This document shows, one piece after another, positions 1-10,943 of a stretch of DNA of 64,000 nt. Position 1 is the stretch's first letter. Each line of letters begins with the position of its first letter. The stretch comes from Octopus vulgaris (Eukaryota). The position numbers were made by a program, and so were the translations under genes. The notes under the pieces were generated by a model. It did not search any database, had not been told where the DNA came from, and was given only the letters and a program-made list of their open reading frames with translations. The stretch lies in the NCBI GenBank assembly GCA_951406725.2, contig OX597816.1:166470001-166534000 (forward strand), in the 5' to 3' direction.

Positions 1-960
1 AGAAACAGTGATATTATAACATTTAATTGGTTTAATTATACGTTATGAGCGGTTGAAAAACGAAAATTAACATTCAGTTCTTTTCAGTTGAATATTTTGA
101 AATGGCGAAATTACATAAATAAATTTTATACTTTCGTTTTGCTTATTAAAAGCTTCACAAAAACGTCACGTTCGCCGACGCTATTGTATACTCTTAACAC
201 AACATTAAGAATCTAGTAACATTACGTAGATGTGGAATTAACCAAACAAACAAAATTTATATAAGCAATTTCCTTATATAATAAATGTAGAAACGTGCTT
301 CATATATTTGTAAGATATACAAGAAATATCAACACCTAGACAGATATAAAAGTATAAAAACTTTCTTCAGCCTTTAAAATTACAATTTAGAATATAATTA
401 TATATCCTTCTTTCTTCTTTTTTTTTTACGACCGTATCCCTAAATGAACCATTTAGATGTCATTAATACGGACGACAATACTTTAGTGTTGTTATTATTT
501 TTAGCACTCACATCTACCCTGTGTATCTGCCAGTCATGACAAGCCTGTCTTTTGAAGAATATCTAAGACTACACTACCGAATGTGTACTTTCTGCATTTA
601 AACTCGGTGTGGTGTGATCTAAGTGAAATTTGTCTGCTATTTCTTGCAGGCCGGTTAACCGTAGAGGATCGCTTGGTGGCTCCAACAACGTGGAATGTAG
701 CTAAATATTTGAAATTATTCACACTCCACCGTCGTTATCTTTGTTTATTTAAGAATGTCAAAGCATTATCCTGCTCCGAATTTAACTGAATAGTTCTGAG
801 AATCGTGATGATATTTATAATATATTTTTGTATCAGTTTATGATGAGTGAAAGAAGTATGTGACGGTGAGGTAGTTAGTTGTGCTCTCATTCGCACAATT
901 CTGTCATTGTATGGCTAGGCGAAATGTGAATGGGTGAACTGGTAGTGTATTCATCAAAAG
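1..960. promoter_or_regulatory. CpG-retaining, repeat-free candidate promoter / first-exon region
   Basis: CpG dinucleotides are visibly more frequent than in the introns and no SINE occurs before ~1050. Donor-like ACG|GTGAG on + at 866 and AT|GTGAGTG on - at 511. Confidence 0.4.
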
Positions 961-1657
961 GTGCCCTGGTATTTTGTTATTTGTCCTTGTGTTTCATCTT
1001 CGTTGTCCCCATCCCCTCTCTTTCTCTCCCTTTGTGTGTGTGTGTATAAGTGTGGCTGTGCGGTAAGAAGTTTGCTTCCCAACCACATGATTCTGGGTTC
1101 AATTCCCATTGCAACGTACCTTGAGCAAGTGTCTTTTACAATGGCCTCAGGCCAACCAAAGCCTTGTGAGAGGATTTGGTAAATGGAAACTTAAAAAAAA
1201 AAAAAACCTGTCGTATATACAGGGCCATGTGCTGGGAGTGGTGGTACCAAGGAGGACGTGACAAAGACAAGGAAATTTCCACAACCGTCAGCTTGTACAT
1301 GCCGAAGTTCAGCTTGCCTGGGACGCCAACAACCATAGGGTCAGCCCTGCATATATATGTATGTATGACAACCGGTGTTGGTGTGTTTAATCCCCATGAC
1401 TTAATGGTTCAACAAAAGAGACCGATAGAATAAGTACTAGGCTTGAAGGAAACTACTGGTGCCATTTCATTAGACTGAAATTCTTCAAAGGTGGTGCTCC
1501 GGCATGGCCGCAGTCTAATGACTGAAACAAATGAAAGACAAAAGGCGTGTGAAAAAAAAGCCTCTTAAAAGCTACCAAAGCACTGACATATACATACAAG
1601 ATGGCACACCTGATTACAAAGTCCTACATGCATGAATAAATGCTAAACAATAACACA

Positions 1658-1808
1658 CGATGGGAAGGATGGCTTCCCTTTGCAAATACTGTTAGGGCAC
1701 AGAAAGTGTGTCAATAGCCAGCTGGAGAAGATGTTCTCCTGGGGCTCCAAGCTACAGTGGCTTCCACCCTTAGTGGTTAGCCACATTTAGGTGGCAAATG
1801 TACTTCAC
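1658..1808. repeat. Single arm of the 21582-21983 foldback family
   Basis: Near reverse complement of ~21582-21735. Confidence 0.8.
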
Positions 1809-1902
1809 AATATACTTAAGTGGCAAATATACTTCACAACCATAAAATTTAATCGCTTAGAGTTTTCCATAAAAACTCTCCATTACAAACTAACATACAC
1901 TC

Positions 1903-2383
1903 TTAACCTTTTTGATAGCAACGCAGCTGAAGCCGGCTCTGGCTCAGAGTACAAAAGTCTTGTTTTCATAAGTTTTGAATTAAAATCTTCCACCAAACCT
2001 TAGTCACAATTTATGTTCCTAACACTAGCTTAATGATAACTAAATTATTTTACTAAATTCTTTGTTATATTTAAAATTAATTGAAAGAAGCACAGAGAAT
2101 CTCAACAGAAATATGGTAACAAAAGGGTTAAAATATATAATAGCAAAACAATTCTTAACCCTTTGGCACCAACCTGGCAAAAATCACATCTGGCTCTGTA
2201 GTACAAATGTCTTGTTTGCATAAGTTTTGAATTAAAATCTTCCACCAAACCTTAGTCACAATTTATGTTCCTAACACTAGCTTAATGATACCTAAGTTAA
2301 TTTACTAAATTCTTTGTTATATTTAAAATTAATTGAAAGAAACACAGAACATCTCAAAATAAATACAGTAACAAAAGGGTTAA
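1903..2383. mobile_element. Two adjacent piggyBac-type MITEs (1903-2131, 2155-2383)
   Basis: TTAA-CC(C)TTT...AAAGGG-TTAA ends, ~225 bp each. Confidence 0.85.
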
Positions 2384-2450
2384 TTATCATTCAACAAGTC
2401 TCAGCTTACCCTAGAAAATATTAACTAAACAGAGATTATATAAAGCTAAG

Positions 2451-2920
2451 ACTAACTATTTTGACCCGTGCTTCACTTGGGTTTTGGTAGTGATGTTGTT
2501 TTGTGCATTTTGTCTCCTTTTCCCTTTCTTCTTTTGTTCGTCTTCTTTGCCTGGTTCTTTTTATTGCCCTCTTCTTTAACCCACTTACCAAAATCCCCCA
2601 AATTTTTACACCCACAATTAAAGACAACCACTTCTAGCCCCTGCAGCAACACGAAAAGCTACCATTATTCAAAGAGCGCAGGCTGTCTATCCCATAAAAC
2701 TCAATTTTTCCCATATTCCTCACCATGGCAACCAAACAGTAGCCCCAAGCAACTTGCCACCCTCCTCACACCAATGCCCACCCCATTTACCCCCCCCCCC
2801 TCGTGTAAATTTTGGTGCCAATCCGACCCCATCTACTGCCCCTTAAACCATTCCCATCCCAAAATGAAACAAATAACCAAGAAATCAAACAACTTTTTCG
2901 CATTTCAGCTTTATAGATAT
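2451..2920 (-). mobile_element. Non-autonomous Helitron-like element (copy 1)
   Basis: Minus strand starts ATCTATAAAGC.. and ends with a GC-rich subterminal hairpin-like stretch and ..TTAGT. Close copy at 56892-57356. Confidence 0.65.
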
Positions 2921-3065
2921 GATGAACTCAAATGTACCACAGTCCAATGATGCCATAGCTGGCTGAAACTTCAAAGTCACTGTCAATAATAGTCTTGTTA
3001 AAGAAGAAGAAATTTATGCTCTACTCTCAAGTAATCCTTCAGTTTAACGTAAAACTGTTTTTATT

Positions 3066-3465
3066 CAGGAGTGGCCGTGTGGTAAGTAGCTTGCTTACGA
3101 ACCACATGGTTCCAGGTTCAGTCCCACTGCGTGGCACCTTGGGCAAGTGTCTTCTACTATAGCCTCGGGCCAACTAAAGCCTTGTGAGTGGATTTGGGAG
3201 GCGGAAACTGAAATAAGCCCATCGTATATATGTATATATATATATATATATGTGTATATATATGTGTCTGTGTTTGTCCCCCCTGCCATCGCTTGATAAC
3301 TGTTGTTGGTGTATTTACGTCCCCGTAACTTAGCACTTTGGCAAGAAGAGGCTGATAGAATAAGTACTAGGCTTACAAAGAATAAGTCCTGGGGTCAATT
3401 TGCTCAACTAAAGGCGGTGCTCCAGTATGGCCACTGTCAGATGACTGAAACAAGTAATAGAATAA
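3066..3465 (+). mobile_element. tRNA-derived CORE-type SINE (family A), representative copy
   Basis: A box TGGCCGTGTGGT, B box GGTTCAGTCCC, CORE-like CCTTGGGCAAG, internal TA/TG tract. Other copies near 1050-1535, 12180-12345, 13510-13670, 25715-26115, 27450-28062, 28404-28677, 36592-36991, 38855-39643, 44670-45120. Confidence 0.85.
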
Positions 3466-4710
3466 ATGGATAACTGATTTATTGCAGTTAAATTTTAACA
3501 AAATTTTATATGGATCCCCAAGGGCCATATAAACCCCTGCTCTAACCTTTTGTCACTTAGTATAAAGCTTCTTTTCTCTACTCAGTCAAAGGGGATTTTA
3601 GTTTTGCAAGCTAAAGGGAGACCTAACTAGTGCTGATACTTTGAAAATAGAAGCACTTGGTACACTTTACAAAGTAGTGGGCCTTAGGAAGGGCATGAAA
3701 ACCATGCCAAAGTGGACAATGGAGCATCACATATTCGTCTGTTCTGTGGAGTCTTGTTGAACTGTCCAATCCATGCCAGCATGGAGGACAGATGTTAAAA
3801 GAAGCTGATGGCATTTTTTTTCTCTCCTGCTCTTTCTGTAGAATTTGTAACCATAAAATTTCTTCCTTTACATCATGATGTTGGGCATATTTAATGCCCA
3901 TCTTAATTTTATTGAACATGGCAATTTATCAGGTCCATTGTCAACCCCCAGAGCCACAATTGCCTCTGTTTATCTTAATTCCCATTATCAAGGGTTAGTG
4001 GTGCACAAGGAAGAGTGGTGATATTTTTGTGGAGATTCTAGCATTGATAAAGGGTTAGCTCAACAACATAGTCTAGAAGGCATTCACCCAGCATACAATC
4101 AGCACTGGATTAACCATTAAGCAAAATAAGCACATGCTAAGGGCATCAAGGGAAGGAGTGGGGACACCACAGAAATGGTAAATAGTTTATGGCACAAAAG
4201 AAATCACTTTAAACTTGCTATAATATTATTCAGAATGTTTTATCTCTACCAATTATAGAAGCAGATGTGTTACATTCGATTAACTTTGTAGATTTGATCA
4301 AAGACCTTGCAATTTAAAACAAAAAGTAGGAGAAAACTATTCATATATAAAGTAGAAGTATACAAAGATGAACATTATGTTCCATTTTACTGTTAGTTTT
4401 GTATTATTTTGAAAAATAAAAATTTATTTTATGGTTTATTATAGTTTATAGTTTGAAGTTCATATTTATGGGAGCACTAAAAAATCCTTGAAGTGTTTAG
4501 GGTCTCTGTGGGTCTTCATCTAGCCCTGCATACTACAAACAACTTCAAAAAACCTCTTTCTTTTAGGGTTAGGCATAATTATACTGCCAGCTGGTCCTGT
4601 CCAAGATGCATGCACACACTCGTCTGAAAAATGCTGACATCAACAGAAATGTCAAACAGCTGTTGTTACACGTAGGATACATCTAGCCATTAGTCAAGTC
4701 CAGCTTGCCA

Positions 4711-5395
4711 TCATTATCATCATCATTGTTTAACATTTGTTTTCCATGCTGGCATACATTGAACTGTTTGACTGAGGTCTGGAGAACCAGATGGCTGCAC
4801 CAGGCTCCAATCTGATCTGGCAATGTTTCAACAGCTGGATGCCCTTCCTAATGCCAACCACTCCAAGAGTGTAGTGGGTGCTTGTTACGTACCACAGGCA
4901 CAGAAGGCAGTCAGGCAGGTCTGGCATCGATCATGTTCAGATGGTGCATTTTACATGCCACCAGCACAAGAGCCAGTCAGGTGGTACTAGCATCGGCCAC
5001 AATCAGTTGGTGCTTTTTACACGCCACTGGCATGGGAGCCTGTCAGGCGAACCTGACATTGACCACATTCAGATAGTGCTTTTTATGTGGCATGGGAGCC
5101 AGTCTAGGGGTACTGGCATCAGCCATGTTCGGTTGGTGCTTTTTATGTGTCACTAGCAGGGTAGCGAGTCGGTGGGTACTGGCATCGGCCATGATCAGTT
5201 AGTGCATTTATGTGTCACCTGCATGGGACCCAGTCAGGTGGTACTGGCATCGGCCACAATCGGTTGGTGCTTTTTACATGCTATCATCACAGGAGCCAGT
5301 CAGGCAGATCTGGCATCAGCCATGATTGGATGATGCTTTTTACGTGCCACCAGCATGAGAGCCAGTCAGAGGGTACGATCAGTTGGTGCTTTTGC
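4711..5395 (-). mobile_element. (GAT)n-tailed SINE (family B) with ~8 internal ~58-bp tandem units
   Basis: CATCAT..TTTAAC..CCATGC end and repeated GGTGCTTTTTAC(A/G)TGCCAC..GGAGCCAGTCAG units. Other copies near 7000-7491, 7806-8136, 11800-12160, 20784-20945, 22328-22556, 23120-23605, 23770-24245, 30126-30690, 34380-34930, 54916-55217. Confidence 0.8.
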
Positions 5396-5810
5396 CACTG
5401 TAATAATAATCTTTTATGCTGTAAGCACAAGGCCTGGAATTTTCAGAGAAGAAGCTAATCAATGTAACAGACCCCAGTACACACTGATACTTATTTTATC
5501 GACCCTGAAGGCATGAAAGGCAAAGTCGACTTTGGCAGAATTTAAACCCAGAATGTAAAGACAGACAAAATGCTGCGAAGCATTTTGCCCAGCATGCTAA
5601 TGATTCTGCCAGCTTGTCACCTTTTTATTGTCAATATTTATGAATTTATCCTTTGACCTTTTCTCCGTTTGAATCTTTTGAAGGTATTGCTATGACAGCC
5701 AATCTTGACAGCTCAGTAAAAATATTTTAAAGTAATTATGTCTATTTTTTATATTCTCAGTTAATTAATTGTTTTCTTTTTCTTTCTTTTTTATGGTAAT
5801 TTCAGCAATA

Positions 5811-5843
5811 ATGAGTTGGTGTGAAGATATCTCTCTATTGTAA
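5811..5843 (+). promoter_or_regulatory. 10-codon upstream ORF (MSWCEDISLL*) in the 5' UTR
   Basis: ATG 5 nt after the 5805 acceptor with A at -3; stop 36 nt before the main ATG. Confidence 0.5.
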
Positions 5844-5879
5844 TATCAATATCGAAATAAGCAGAGAAAAAAGTAAAAA

Positions 5880-6188
5880 ATGAAAGGTGCTAAGGGCCAA
5901 CGCAAGTTAGTGAAAGCTAACATTGCAGATGGTTCTACCATCATCGTTAAACATCCACAACCAAAACACAGTAACCAAATAAATTCCAAATCTAAAAAGG
6001 AGCCAAATAATCTGAGAACCTCCACTGCTTTTAACAACTCTCAACCAGAACAGGGTATGGATTTGTCTGTGGTGCCAAATAATTCCCATCCGTCCTCATC
6101 TTCCAGTAGTTCTATTGTCTATACAAAAGCTAAGAGATACTCAACAGAGCCTCTGTCAGACTCACTAAATTCCAGTGGACAGTTACAG
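5880..6188 (+). CDS. BLZF1: Golgin-45 coding exon 1 (MKGAKG...SSGQLQ, 103 codons)
   Basis: Pyrimidine tract and TTCAG acceptor ending 5805; ATG at 5880 preceded by in-frame stops; donor CAG|GTAAGT at 6189. Phase 0 matches the next exon. Poorly conserved N-terminal part, assigned by splice logic. Confidence 0.75.
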
Positions 6189-6422
6189 GTAAGTCTTCAT
6201 TTATTAAGCTTGGTAATGAAGGGCTTTTAATTTATCACCTTTATCGTCTTTTTAATACACACTTTCCTATGTTTGCCTGGTTCAGATTGAACTTGTTGAA
6301 GAGTTTCCACAGCTAGATGCCCTTATCACTAACCCTCACCTGTTCCAAGTAAGGACACTGCTTGCATGATGGTGACATTCATTCACAACTATCACACAAT
6401 GTCAGAGCAAAGAGAAATGCAA

Positions 6423-6455
<33 letters not shown>

Positions 6456-8134
6456 TATATATGTGTGTTATAACACTATTCCACATATACAAAAACAGCA
6501 ATACTGACAATCCATCATACCTCCATCATCAGCTGCCTCACGGATATCATTATGGTTTTGACACACACATATATATATACATACACATGATGCAATCCAT
6601 GGATTCCTCTGACTTTGTGAAACCCTCCAGACCATACCAATGTCGAACATGAGTATTAAATGATGACAATGATGATGGTATATATGTAAATATGCATTTG
6701 TTTGTTCCCTCACCCCACCCATCTTCACCACCACCATCACTTAACAACTAGTGTTGGCCTCTTTACACAGCCCCTAACTAAGTGGTTTGGTAAAAGAGTA
6801 AGTACCAGATTTAAAAATTGAAGAATTGGGGGTCAATTTCTTTGACTAAACCCTCTAAGCCTCTGCCCCTGCATTGCTGTAACCCTGTGTTTGACTGAAA
6901 TCGATAAAAGTAAAAAATAAAGCATTGTGTGTGTATGTGTATGTATGCAGTTGTGATTTTGTATTTATTTGTGTCTGTATGACTCAATAACATGATGAAT
7001 GCCAAGCCTGCCTGACTGGCTGCCATGCACATAAAAAGCACCATCCAAATGTGATTAATGCCAGGGCCGCCTGACTGGCTCCCATGCCAGTGACAGATAA
7101 AAAGCTCTATCCAAACATGATTGATGCCAGGCCCACCTCACTAGCTCCCGTGCAAGTGGCATGTAAAAAGCACCATCCAAATGTGCCTCATGCCGGTGGC
7201 ACATAAAACACACTATCCGAATGTGATCAATACCAGGCCCACCTGACTGGCTCCCGTGCCGGTGGCACCGAATGTGATCAATGCCAGGCCCGCCTGACTG
7301 GCTCCTGTGCCAGTGGCACGTAAAACACACGCACTACACCCTCGGAGTGGTTGGCGTTAGGAAGGGCATCAAGCTGTAGAAACCTTGCCAGATCAGATTG
7401 GAGCCTGGTGCAGTCGCTGGCACTCCAAACCTCAGTCAAACCGTCCAACCCATGCCAGCATGGAAAACCGACATTAAACGATGATGATGATGTGTGTATT
7501 TTCTGAGTTTGTTGTAAACAAATGCTTCACTAATGGTATCATTTCCTTGCTGTCTCCCACAAATACATTTCTTCATTTCTTGACATGTTGCAAACAAAAA
7601 GCCTCATTTTTGTGACATTTGTTTCCTGTTCTCCACATGAGCTTATCTAAGCTGTTTTGTTGTTTGATTGACCGGGAGATTATTACCTCACTTGCACAAA
7701 AGTAGGGGTTAGCAATAAGAAGGCCATCTATTTATAGAAAACTCAACTCCAGCATATTCACATTAGGTCCATGCAGGCTTGGAAAAAGTACACATTATAT
7801 ATATATCATCATCATCATCATCGTTTAAAGTCCGCTTTCCATGCTAGCATGGGTTGGACGGTTCAACTGGGGTCTGGGAAGTCCGAAGGCTGCACCAGGC
7901 CAGTGAGATCTGGCAGTGTTTCTACAGCTGGATGCCCTTCCTAACGCCAACCACTCCATGAGTGTAGTGGGTGCTTTTTATGTGCCACCGACACAGGTGC
8001 CAGACGAGGCTGGCGAACGGCCACGCTCGGATGGTGTGTTTTACGTGCCACCGGCACGGAGGCCAGGCGAGGCTGGCACGGCCACGATCGGATGGTGTTT
8101 GTTACGTGCCACCAGCACGGAGGCCAGTCGATGC

Positions 8135-8179
<45 letters not shown>

Positions 8180-8184
<5 letters not shown>

Positions 8185-8460
8185 TGCAGCGTGGAAGGTG
8201 TTTGTAAGCCATTTAAGAAACACACAAAAGCCGTTCGATTCACTTCAACATTTAAGTTTAATTTGTCAAAATCTTTTCGTCGCTAAAATCCGCGACCTGT
8301 TCACTGACAAAAATCCGTGCTGCAGCTTAAATGTTGAAGTGAATCGAACGGCTTTTGTGTGTTTCTTAAATGGCTTACAAACACCTTCCACGCTGCAATT
8401 GTTTTCGTCTCAGCACACGATCTCAAATCAAATTACTTGCTATGCGAGTACATCTCTGTA
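8180..8460. mobile_element. Foldback element (77-bp perfect inverted arms plus tail), Penelope-like derivative
   Basis: Arms 8180-8256 and 8326-8402, hammerhead in the loop, ~58-bp unpaired tail, (TA)n on both sides. Confidence 0.75.
8262..8311 (-). ncRNA. Minimal type I hammerhead, G3-C8 swapped variant
   Basis: Minus strand: UUUGUCA-GUGAACA-G-GUCGC(GGAUUUUA)GCGAC-GAA-AAGAUU-U-UGACAAA. 7-bp stem I, 5-bp stem II. Confidence 0.68.
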
Positions 8461-8476
8461 ATATATATATATATAT

Positions 8477-8660
8477 AGTTAATCCAAACAAGAAAGCACA
8501 AAAAAACACAACAACGCGAGGACGTTGAACAAATATAGTATTATTGGACGCTCAGGAAAGAAGGAGGGTTTAACGTTTCGAGCAGAGCTCTTCGTCGGAA
8601 ACATAGGAGAAGGGAAGACAGAGGGAAAAAAATCGCCAACGGTACACACGCGGACACATA
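8477..8660 (-). mobile_element. Short Penelope-like fragment with hammerhead motif
   Basis: CpG-rich segment between TA repeats, containing the 8568-8602 motif. Confidence 0.5.
8568..8602 (-). ncRNA. Minimal type I hammerhead-like motif, U4C variant
   Basis: Minus strand: GUUU-CCGACGA-A-GAGC(UCU)GCUC-GAA-ACGU-U-AAAC. Confidence 0.6.
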
Positions 8661-8985
8661 TATATTGTAGTTGCTAAAGGGATAAATGAATTACAATCAC
8701 ATATAACCCTATGACCCCACTATGCTCCATGTGATTCTTAGAAGTGTAGTCTATTCTTAGCTACAATTGTGGCAACATGAATTTCTTCCATATTCTTGTT
8801 CTCTTTAAATATTTGAGACAAATTATATTAATGTGTCCTACTTGTTCAAATTTCATTTATTTATTTGTGCAGCTGCATTTAAGTTGATGTAATGATTGCA
8901 TTGTTCAATTAAATGGAGCCACTTGAAATGGTTGTATTGCATTACTACTTGACATCCTGTTGCTTATTTTGATTATATATATATA

Positions 8986-9030
<45 letters not shown>

Positions 9031-9080
9031 TTTAAATCTCAGAATGAGATTGAAACAGTCCATGATAATGTAAAGTATAG

Positions 9081-9268
9081 AAGCCATCTTTCATGGCTAA
9101 CCACATAGGGGAGGGTGATACTGGGCTTTATAGCCCCAGAAGGCTGCACCAGCTGGCTTTAGACACCATACTTCAGGGGCACTGATATGGTGTCTAAAGC
9201 CAGCTGGATGCCTCTTCCTATAAAGCTACAGTACCACTCCCTGATGTGGTTAGCCATGATAGATGGCT

Positions 9269-9269
<1 letters not shown>
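9081..9269. repeat. Imperfect palindromic element related to the 21582-21983 arms
   Basis: AAGCCATC..GGCTAACCAC..CCAGCTGGCTTTAGACACCATA paired with TATGGTGTCTAAAGCCAGCTGG..GTGGTTAGCC..GATGGCTT. Confidence 0.75.
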
Positions 9270-9316
<47 letters not shown>

Positions 9317-9461
9317 ATTGGAGGATATGTTAACCTTGTAAAGGGATGGTTACATCCAGGGAAATACTGGTCCAATACCTAGTATTTGTGGGGAATGAAA
9401 TTCCCTTAAAACAATAAGTATATATAAAACATAGAGTTTATGTCTAGTGAAATGAAGAAAA

Positions 9462-9731
9462 AAAAATGGAGAGTAGAAAGTTAATAATTGTTTATTATTA
9501 ACAACAAATTGGTCATCTTTGCTTCTTACAGCTGTTTCAATTAATACTCAATAGTCTAATTACAAATTTGTACATTAAATTTGCATTTATGCGACATGAG
9601 CGTAATTTCATCAGTGAAAAAAGAAGATGAACCTTGGGATATTATGTGTGAACCTATCAATTCATTTCAGCAAACTCAATTTGACCAGTTTGTTAATAAT
9701 AAATAATTGTTAACTTCCTTATCTCCATTTT
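9462..9731. mobile_element. Foldback element with ~50-bp imperfect arms and hammerhead-like loop
   Basis: AAAATGGAG..TTATTATTAACAA..TGGTCA paired with TGACCAG..TTGTTAATAATAA..CTCCATTTT. Confidence 0.65.
9523..9618 (-). ncRNA. Hammerhead-like motif with long stem II and damaged stem I
   Basis: Minus strand: UUCA-CUGAUGA-AAUUA..UAAUU-GAA-ACAGCUGU-A-AGAA. Palindromic stem III and GUA triplet, but an A-A mismatch at the base of stem I. Confidence 0.55.
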
Positions 9732-9837
9732 CTTTGCATCTTTTAACTGGAAAGACAGACAGACACACTCACACACACACACACTCTCATTCATTTATTC
9801 ATTACATACATACATACATACATATGGTGGTTGTCTA

Positions 9838-10225
9838 CTTCTTATGCAGAGTTTGACCACATCCTGTACCTACACCTTAGATCCATCACAATGTCTGATA
9901 TGGCTTTTTAAACCAGGCATTGTATTGATAAGACACCCACATAGATTGCATATTTGATTTGGACCACCAAGAGCTGCAGATAAGTTCTGATCTTTGTGGA
10001 TCTTAAAATGTCTTTTGAGGCCTCTGTTAGAATCGCAGACCTTAGGGCAATACACAGCATTGAGAGGTGTGCTCATATATATAGGCAGAATAGTTGGTGG
10101 AAGTTCATTTACCATGGGTCTGCAAATGGGATTTGAGCTCAGCAAAAGAAAGGCATGGTCTATCACAAACTGTGCCCACAAAAAGGTCACTGAGATTCAC
10201 CTTCTCGATCACAGCATACTTCTTT
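9838..10225 (-). mobile_element. RTE-like LINE 3' end with two C2H2-like fingers
   Basis: ORF 9870-10190 contains CPKVCDSNRGLKRHFKIH and CNLCGCLINTMPGLKSHIRH. Confidence 0.65.
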
Positions 10226-10289
10226 AAATCTCTCGTGAGTCTTGCATGTGTTATCCTGGCCTTTTCAGTGCTTTATATATTACAGCACA

Positions 10290-10592
10290 GCTCGTGAAAT
10301 TAACATGCCTGTGGCTGAGCACTCCACAGACATGTGTACCCTTAACGTAGTTCTTGGGGAGATTCAGCGTGACACAGAGTGTGACAAGGCTGGCCCTTTG
10401 AAATACAGGTACAACTGAAACAGGAAGAAAGAGTGTGAAAAAGTTCTGGTGAAAGAGTATGACAGGGTTTGCCACCACCCTCTGCCAGAGCCTCGTGGAG
10501 TTTTAGGTGTTTTCGCTCAATAAACACTCACAACACCCGGTCTGGGAATTGAAATCACGATCCTATAACTGTGAGTCCACTGCCCTAACTGC
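10290..10592 (-). mobile_element. tRNA-derived SINE (family D)
   Basis: Shared GTACC..TAA..TAGTTCT..GGGAGATTCAGCGTGACAC block with 60905-61115; tRNA-like head on the minus strand. Confidence 0.6.
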
Positions 10593-10874
10593 TTTATATA
10601 CATACAAAGCACTTTAACATTCTTTCCTCATTTATGGTTTGAAAATATTTTTTTATTGTTTTATTTTATTTGATTTTGGTATTTAATTTTTCTTGAAATT
10701 AAATGCCATAAAAATCGTCTTAAAATTCTGTATTTTTCGTATTTTTGTTTCATGATTAAATTTGACTAAATTTCGAATTGTAATTAAATTACATTCGAAA
10801 TTTAATTTGAAACCAATGATTCTACTCAAAAACTGGGTTGCATTCTTGTGATGTGTGTGGTTTGGAAGTGTCGG

Positions 10875-10943
10875 CTTAGACTGTTTGAGCACGTTGCTTG
10901 ATTTTCCAGGTTAGACCCTGCTTAGCATGTTCTCTTCACTAAG
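10875..10943 (-). ncRNA. Degenerate hammerhead relic
   Basis: Minus strand: CUUA-GUGAAGA-GAACAUG..CGUGCUC-AAACAGU-C-UAAG. Stems I and II are kept, but C3 is changed and G12 is missing. Confidence 0.4.

Noticed and set aside
534-789. Short ORFs at the window start as protein genes
   Set aside because: Non-ATG starts and no recognisable protein motif; more plausibly UTR or promoter sequence.
2468-2950. 160-aa ORF with a similar ORF at 56909
   Set aside because: Both lie in copies of a non-coding Helitron-like repeat and the frames diverge.
3066-3135. tRNA gene
   Set aside because: The A and B boxes belong to SINE heads and run on into SINE body; no complete cloverleaf.
4880-5395. CRISPR-like repeat/spacer look of the ~58-bp arrays
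   Set aside because: Whole units are homologous with no unique spacers, they lie inside a SINE, the context is eukaryotic, and there are no cas genes.
9870-10190. Stand-alone C2H2 zinc-finger gene
   Set aside because: The fingers are degenerate, there is no exon structure, and the position fits the C-terminus of an RTE-like ORF2.
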